DNA from: Plasmodiophora brassicae
Taxonomy: Eukaryota
DNA length: 64,000 nt
Direction of reading: 5' to 3'
NCBI GenBank assembly: GCA_036867785.1
Contig: CP145427.1
Location: 434,001-498,000 of the forward strand
This document shows, piece by piece, positions 57,801 through 64,000 of the stretch. The notes under the pieces were generated by a model. That model was not told where the DNA came from, searched no databases, and saw only the letters and a program-made list of their open reading frames with translations. Position numbers and translations under genes: made by a program. The stretch's first letter is position 1, and every line of letters starts with the position of its first letter.

Positions 57801-59609
57801 ATGCGCGACTACGAGGCCGTGATCGACGCGCAACGCCAGCAGATGGCCCGCCTCGCTCTGCGGTTGCATAACGTCGAGTGCCAGCTGAACCAGGCGCCTC
57901 CGGCGTCGTCGGCGCCAGACGTCGCGGTACCGTCGACGAGCCCATCTCCAGAGCCGATCGACACGACGGCGTCGCCGGTGCCGTCATCCCGTCAGAGGAT
58001 GGCCCAGGAGCTACAGGAGCAGAAGACCCTGAACCGGAACCTGGAACGGCGCCTGCAGACGCTGACAGACGCGCTGATGGCGGCCAGGCCGGCGCATACC
58101 AGCCGGGAACGATCCACGCGAAGCCCGACCGGGCGACGATGGCTGTCGGGGCCGGGCAGGCAGGCGGGCGGCGACTCGGCCACTGCTCGAGAGCAGGTGG
58201 GGCCGACCGAGGTGGGCGATGACGACTGCGTCCACCAACGTATCCTATAGATGACTGGGGCTATCATGCCTGCCGACCTCTGCACCCTGATCGTGTCGAT
58301 GTCATCCCGGCCGGACGTGCGCCACGTGCTTCGCGAGGTATGCCGCATCCTGCCACACCTGGTGTGCTGCTCGAAGGCGATCGTGTACGTCATCGACCAG
58401 AACACGTCGCGACTGACGTCGCTGGCGTCGAACTTCCTCCGGCCGGACGCCGTCCTGCAGGTGGCCATCGGGCGGGGCATCACAGGGCACGCGGCGACGG
58501 CAACGGAGTCCATGCGCGTCATCAACGCCGCCCGCGACAAACTGTACGACGTCGACGCCGACGGCCACTGCCGGGCCATGATCTGCACGCCCATTCGCGA
58601 TCCGTACGCGCAGCGCACGATCGGCGTGATCCAGCTAGCCGACAAGGTGCTCCGCGTGTGAAACGTCGCGCAGTGTGTTCGTAACCGCCGTGTGTGTGTG
58701 TGTCCGTGCAGCTGTCCAGTACGGCGTTTTTCACGCGGGCGGATCAGGCCCTGGTGGAGATCACGGCGGCGTTCGTCGCGCTGCGCCTGTGCAACGATGC
58801 GCTGGCGCAGCGCGCACTGACCGACCGCAACAAGCTGAAGGGCATGTTCGCTACCGCCGAGTCGCTCATGTCCCTGAACGACATGGGCGGCGTCGTCGAG
58901 CAGCTGGCCGCCAAGATCAACGACTACTGCCGGGCGGACTACACGGTCATCATGGCCGTCGATAGGGACCAGCAGGAGATGAGCGCCGTCGGGCAGTGCG
59001 TCCGCGAGCACATGACGCTGCGCATCCCGGCCGCGTACACCGTCGATCGGCAGGACGGCAGCGATCCCGGTAGGCGCGTTCCAATGGTTGGACGGCCACC
59101 AGGTCTAATGCGTTGCCGTGGGCCAGACGCGCAGAGGGTATCGTTATGCAGGGCAACGTCGATGGCGGCAGCGGCAATCGGCACGAATCAGCGCTTTGTG
59201 GTCGACGACGCGTCATCGGATGCGCGATTCAAACCAACGTTCGACGAGTACCTGGCCGACGTGAAGACGTTCGGCCCGACGCTGTCCCTGCTGATTCACC
59301 CGGTCGTCCATGCCGTCCGCGAGCGCGTCGTCGGGCTGATCGTCGTCGGGTGCACACGAAGTCACGCGTTCTCGACCGATACGGTATAACCGATGGCTAC
59401 GCGGGTGGTGCTCGACAATGTTAACGATATCGGTGCAGAACGATGGCGTTGTGGACTACCACGAGCTCGTTTGCCACACCGTCATGCGATTACAGGCGTC
59501 CCGGTCGAAGACGTACGCCCTAAGGACAAACCTGGGCGTCCTCGACGACCTGGTTGAGCGCATCACGTTTCAACAGGGCGCGCACCCCAGCACAACGTTT
59601 GATCAATGA
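57801..59609 (+). CDS. Coiled-coil + tandem GAF domain protein, multi-exon
   Basis: IGRGITGHAATATESMRVINA..MICTPIRD..IGVIQLADK..FTRADQAL; second GAF VVDDASSDARFKPTFD..SLLIHPV..VVGLI. Confidence 0.8.
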
Positions 59610-59655
59610 ATTGGCCGACGCGATTGGACGCGAACTGTATGTATTGCTTGTGCCA

Positions 59656-59889
59656 TCAGAGCGTCGGGTGGTGTGGGTGCTTGCAGCGCATGTGATGGTC
59701 CTTGGTGAGAATGCCGAACAGCTTGTCGGCATCCGCTTGCGTCTCGAAGGCCAGCGTCAGGTGGCCGTCGTGCACGGCGCTGGGCGACGCGGGCGGCATG
59801 TTCTCCATGTCCAGCACGTCGTTGACCTTCTGGACATCGCGCGCGATGTCGTCAACGACCACGAGGATTCGGTGGCTACGGTGCACCAT
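59656..59889 (-). CDS. Small 77-aa hypothetical protein
   Basis: ATG-to-stop ORF with GC3-biased codons and globular-looking composition. Confidence 0.45.
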   Translation of the reverse strand: MVHRSHRILVVVDDIARDVQKVNDVLDMENMPPASPSAVHDGHLTLAFETQADADKLFGILTKDHHMRCKHPHHPTL

Positions 59890-60009
59890 GGGCCTGCCGC
59901 TGTGAATTCAGTTCTGGCCCCTGGCGATGGCCCGCGGCTTGCGTGACTCCAGCAATGCGGACTCGTGCCAGCCACGTGGCACGTCACACCGTCGCCCACC
60001 AGCGCCGGC

Positions 60010-60620
60010 GTAGCCGTCGTTGGAGATGGCGTTCTCGTATTGCGCCTGCAACGTCGGGATCTGACACGCACAGAATGGCCTACCAGATGCGACGCCAGAG
60101 ATAACGCGTCAAATGGTTCAGGTTTCCTGGCGGGTTGTTTTCCGCTGACCCCTCACTATGTAGTGTCTCTGTCCGTTGAGCGGGTTCGAGAATCCGGGCG
60201 AAATGCGCTTCAAGCCGCGTTGGCATCAAAAGCGACGGTTTACACTTGGAGCCACTCCTTCCTTCTGCGGGGAGGCGCTGCCAGATCGATCCGCCAAGGA
60301 GATGACCGACCTGCAATTTGGCAACTGAACGAGCAAGGTCGGCGAACAAGGGCCACGGCGACCTACCGAGGTATTGCAGCACAACCTCGCCACACAATGC
60401 CGCCACCAGTAACGCTAGTTGAACTCCCGTGCCAGCGGACGGACGGACCCCGGTAACAAGGAAGGCGGTTCAACGAGAACTTAATGAGGCGCCTCACCAC
60501 GTGCGGAATCGCTACACTCTGTCCATACCACCGGAATCCGCCCCGCCGCCCCTGGAGCATCGCGCAGAGCTACGGGCGACGTCCTAGCCGACATTCTAAC
60601 GGGGACCCGCTTTGCGGTCT
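60010..60620 (+). pseudogene. Decayed paralog of the secreted ankyrin-like gene at 61477
   Basis: SGRNALQAALASKATVY versus TGRNALHVALTSLETVY; ADILTGTRF versus ADVLTGTRF; interrupted frames. Confidence 0.6.
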
Positions 60621-61063
60621 TTCAGAGATGTTGGTCTAGCCGTGCTGAATTGGGAATGATTCGTCTTACCGAGAATGATTTGGTGTGGGCACACCATTTT
60701 CAAGACAAACGTCCCGTTTGTAGAAGGATGCATCACTCCACTCCACAGAATGTTACGACCACACCGAACTATCGTTCGACGGCCGAGCCAGCACACATCG
60801 TTGTGTGACACGATCAGGCGCATACCCGCCTCTTCGGACAAGCACCACCGCCCGATCGTACGCCCGCGGGGACTCCACAGTATAAGTCTGCTCTTCGTCG
60901 GCAATACACTGCAGTGGCGTACATCTGCAGATGCCTATTTATACCGTGGGAGACGTCGTTGACACGGGCGCCGCGCGCGTTTCGACACGTCTATTAAGGC
61001 TAAGTGACCATGGTGACTGGTGTCTGGCGGGGTCCTGCTGGGGTTGCGTTGCCGCTTGTGGTT

Positions 61064-61323
61064 TTATTGTACTGGTAGCACAGCATCTGTTATTGTACTG
61101 GTAGCACAGCAGCTGTTATTGTACTGGTAGCACAGCAGCTGTTATTGTACTGGTAGCACAGCAGCTGTTATTGTACTGGTAGCACAGCAGCTGTTATTGT
61201 ACTGGTAGCACAGCAGCTGTTATTGTACTGGTAGCACAGCAGCTGTTATTGTACTGGTAGCACAGCAGCTGTTATTGTACTGGTAGCACAGCAGCTGTTA
61301 TTGTACTGGTAGCACAGCAGCTG
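61064..61323. repeat. Minisatellite, 10 x 26 bp (TTATTGTACTGGTAGCACAGCAGCTG)
   Basis: 260 bp of head-to-tail copies; only copy 1 differs (CAGCATCTG). Confidence 0.97.
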
Positions 61324-61476
61324 TACCGCCGGCGCCAGCTGTCCCGGCACCGACTGTTCCGGCTCTACCGCTGACGCCGCAAATAGACGCATGCACTTGC
61401 GCAGTTTTCCGGATCGGGACAACCAATCGCTTTCCACTGGCCAACATTGGTCACTCTTTATCGGACTGCTGTTGCT

Positions 61477-62585
61477 GATGATGGCGTCGACGTCTACTGT
61501 CCTTCTAGTCGGTGCTGTCTTGTGCATGTCGGTACTGCCAGCGGCGACGACGCCGGCAGGATTCAGTCCAACGCGGGTGCCGCCGACGGTGCTGCCGCAC
61601 GAACAGACGACATGCCAGATGTTCCTAGCCGCCGTCCGCGCGCCGCCGCCAACCGCGCCGTGGTCCGCGATCCATGCCATGCTGGAGACGGTGCCGTCAT
61701 TGGCGAACTGCCGGGACCATGCAACAGGTCGAAACGCGCTGCACGTTGCGCTGACATCGCTAGAGACAGTGTACAATAGGAACCACCGCATCCGTCTGGA
61801 CGTCGTCAAGACGCTCCTATATCACTGGGTCGACCCGACATCCGTCGACCCGCTATCACAACGTTCCGTCGGGGAGCTGGTCGACATACTGTTTGGCCAT
61901 AGGACGGACAAGCTCGGCGACCTGCTCAAGGCTTGCCCACTGGCGCGCCAGCGACGTACATGTGGCGCAACCTCGTCAAACATCGCCGCCACCGGCGACG
62001 CCCGTTGAACCTCCTCTGCCGGCGCCGCCGACGGACTGGTTCATCGCGCCCCTGCGTGGTTGGCCTGCTGCCCCCAAGGAAGACGGCCAACGACAGGTCG
62101 AAGCGCAACCTCCTCAAACAATGCTGCCACCGGCGATACCCGTTGAACCTCCCCTGTCGGCACCGCTGACGGACGGGTTCGACGCGCCCCTGCGTGGTTG
62201 GCCTGCCGCCAGCAAGGAAGACGGCCAACGGGAGCTCGACGCACAACCTCGTCAAACAATGCTGCCACCGGCGATACCCGTTGAACCTCCCCTGCCGGCA
62301 CTGCTGACGGACGGGTTCAACGCGCCCCTGTATCGTTGGCCTGACGCCACCAAGGAAGACGGTCAACGACAACTCGACGAGGCGCTACAGCACTCGAGGG
62401 ATCGCCCCGCTCTGCCGAGTCCACGGAGAGCGCCACTGGGAGCCGCCGACGTCCTAACCGGGACCCGCTTCCGGCACTGGTGTCGCACCCGCCTCCCATC
62501 ACCGCCCGTCCGCCGCGACGTCGCCGCCGTCCAACCCGTACCTCACGGCCGCCCTGCTAAACGCCTCCGGCTCTTCTACGCCTGA
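61477..62585 (+). CDS. Secreted ankyrin-like protein with 3 x 46-aa Pro-rich repeats and basic tail; frameshifted near 61955-61964
   Basis: Signal peptide MMASTSTVLLVGAVLCMSVLPA; TGRNALHVAL..DVVKTLL..VDP; repeats lie in a different frame ending in PAKRLRLFYA*. Confidence 0.65.
61965..62378 (+). repeat. Coding tandem repeat, 3 x 138 bp
   Basis: Units start at 61965, 62103 and 62241 (AQP.QT..PPA.PVEPPL....TD.F.APL..WP...KEDGQR). Confidence 0.9.
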
Positions 62586-62862
62586 TTCGGCTGCGTTGAA
62601 GAGTAAAGGCACAGGTGGCCGTGTCGATCTATTCGGCACGTTTATTGCGAATATCAATACAGTGTTTGCGACGTAAAGTATAATCAGCAGCATGTTTTTG
62701 GCGGGCTTCTGCGGTCAGGGTGTGCGTCTTGTGACTTTGTCGTGTTTTTTTTTTCGGTCGTTGGGGGTGGACTCAGGCGGCGGCTGTCTCGGTCGCTGCT
62801 GCGAAGCCCGGAGGCAGACCGTGGCGTCCGCGACCCCCAGACACACCACACCACGCGTGACG

Positions 62863-64000
62863 ATGTCGACGTCCAGCACGCCAGCGCCGACGACGACGCC
62901 GGGTCGCCGGCGCCTGCCGTTCGCCGCGGTGCGCGTCACGCCGTCGGCGTCGACGCCCGGCGACCGGTTCATCCCGCCGGTGTCCGCCCTGCAGGAGCTC
63001 CACACGAACACGCCGCAACCGGACCAGGCGGGGGGCAGCGTCCCCGACAGCGCCGCCAGCGACGCCGACCAGAGGCAACTGAACGCGTGCCTGTATGATA
63101 CGCGCGTGGCTGAACCGGTGGGGTGTTGTGCCCAGGGCAGGTTCAAGCAGCAGCTGGCGGACGAGCTGGACAGCAAGGCGGGGCGGGTCCTGTCGTTCCG
63201 GCAGAAGGCGCCGGCGCCCCCGGTCGACTACCAGAATTCGCTGCGCGTCCTGTACACCCAGAATCGGTACGCGTCGACGAACGGCGGGCCGTCGTCGGGC
63301 AACGCGCAGCCGGTCGCACGACGCCACCGCTTCGTGTCGTCGTCCGCTGAGCGCGTCCTGGACGCCCCCGACCTGCTGGACGACTACTACGTGAACCTGC
63401 TGGACTGGTCCGGCAAGGACGCCCTGGCGGTCGGCCTGGGGTCCTCGCTCTACCTGTGGGATGCGGCCACCGGCGGCATCGATCTGCTGATGGAGACGAC
63501 GGCGACGGACCACATCACGGCCGTGGCCTGGATGCAGGGCGGGACGCACATCGCCGTCGGGACGGACAGCAAGGAGGTCCAGCTCTGGGACGTTCAGGCC
63601 CGGAAGAAGGTTCGCGCCATGCGGGGGCACGCCGGCCGCGTGTCCGCCCTCGCCTGGAACCGGCACATCCTGTCCAGCGGGTCTCGCGACTCCCTGATCC
63701 ACAACCACGACGTTCGTGTCAGTGCACACCTGCAGTCGCAGTTCAGAGGTCGGTCTTCGTCGTCGTCGACGTCCGCGCTGGGACGATGGACCCCCTGGCG
63801 TTCGCTGAACGCGCGCGTGCTGGTAGGCCATCAGCTGGAGGTGTGCGGCCTGAGATGGAGTCCAGATGGCGGGCAGCTGGCCAGCGGCGGCAACGACAAC
63901 CTGCTGCACGTCTGGGAGTTGGCGGCCGGCGAGCAGCCACGCCTGGCGCTGACCGACCACACGGCAGCAGTGAAGGCGCTGGCCTGGTCGCCGCATACGC
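62863..64000 (+). CDS. CDC20: APC/C co-activator CDC20 (fizzy), partial
   Basis: C-box-like DRFIP, RVLSFRQKAP, ERVLDAPDLLDDYYVNLLDWS, GH..EVCGLRWS.DG.QLASGGNDN, HTAAVKALAWSP. Confidence 0.92.
   Translation, partial: MSTSSTPAPTTTPGRRRLPFAAVRVTPSASTPGDRFIPPVSALQELHTNTPQPDQAGGSVPDSAASDADQRQLNACLYDTRVAEPVGCCAQGRFKQQLADELDSKAGRVLSFRQKAPAPPVDYQNSLRVLYTQNRYASTNGGPSSGNAQPVARRHRFVSSSAERVLDAPDLLDDYYVNLLDWSGKDALAVGLGSSLYLWDAATGGIDLLMETTATDHITAVAWMQGGTHIAVGTDSKEVQLWDVQARKKVRAMRGHAGRVSALAWNRHILSSGSRDSLIHNHDVRVSAHLQSQFRGRSSSSSTSALGRWTPWRSLNARVLVGHQLEVCGLRWSPDGGQLASGGNDNLLHVWELAAGEQPRLALTDHTAAVKALAWSPHT

Noticed and set aside
61064-61323. CRISPR array
   Set aside because: Units are head-to-tail with no unique spacers, no cas genes, eukaryotic context
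1-64000. Many long overlapping or antisense ORFs in the supplied track (e.g. 7305..8231, 52029..52961, 57992..59011, 62773..63996)
   Set aside because: Shadow frames caused by high GC3 on the real coding strand; Arg/Pro/Ala-rich with no motifs
1-64000. rRNA, tRNA or prokaryotic operon/defence system
   Set aside because: None recognisable by eye; genes are spliceosomal-intron-containing eukaryotic types

Overview
Compact, GC-rich, intron-rich eukaryotic DNA. Short GT-AG introns, tiny intergenic gaps and secreted ankyrin proteins are consistent with a plasmodiophorid protist such as Plasmodiophora (inferred, not verified). Conserved genes: PH-domain protein, NKAP, RhoGAP-like, RNase H2A, IWR1-like, Rab11-like, TmcB-like PAS membrane protein, Cdt2/DTL, ARM-TBC-EF-hand RabGAP, NIPA Mg transporter and CDC20. 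They flank an accessory block at about 9.7-23.2 kb containing: fold-back inverted duplications; two PIF/Harbinger elements stacked at one TTA site, with a DD39D-mariner derivative nested inside; and an intact young Ty3/gypsy chromovirus (identical 197-bp LTRs, CTGCG TSD, WIDD reverse transcriptase, no tRNA PBS). Main candidates for novelty: (1) a multi-copy family of chymotrypsin-fold proteases with a Cys nucleophile (3C/NIa-like GxCx-P motif), with one intact spliced gene and decayed copies, one folded into a long hairpin; (2) a signal peptide + helical repeat/RAP + ankyrin + TM protein; (3) a PPR protein with a catalytically dead DYW domain; (4) a double Zn2Cys6 transcription factor; (5) a tandem sensor-globin pair joined by an ATGA overlap; (6) a frameshifted secreted ankyrin-like effector candidate downstream of a 10 x 26-bp minisatellite. 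All calls were made by eye, and exon boundaries and IR ends are approximate.
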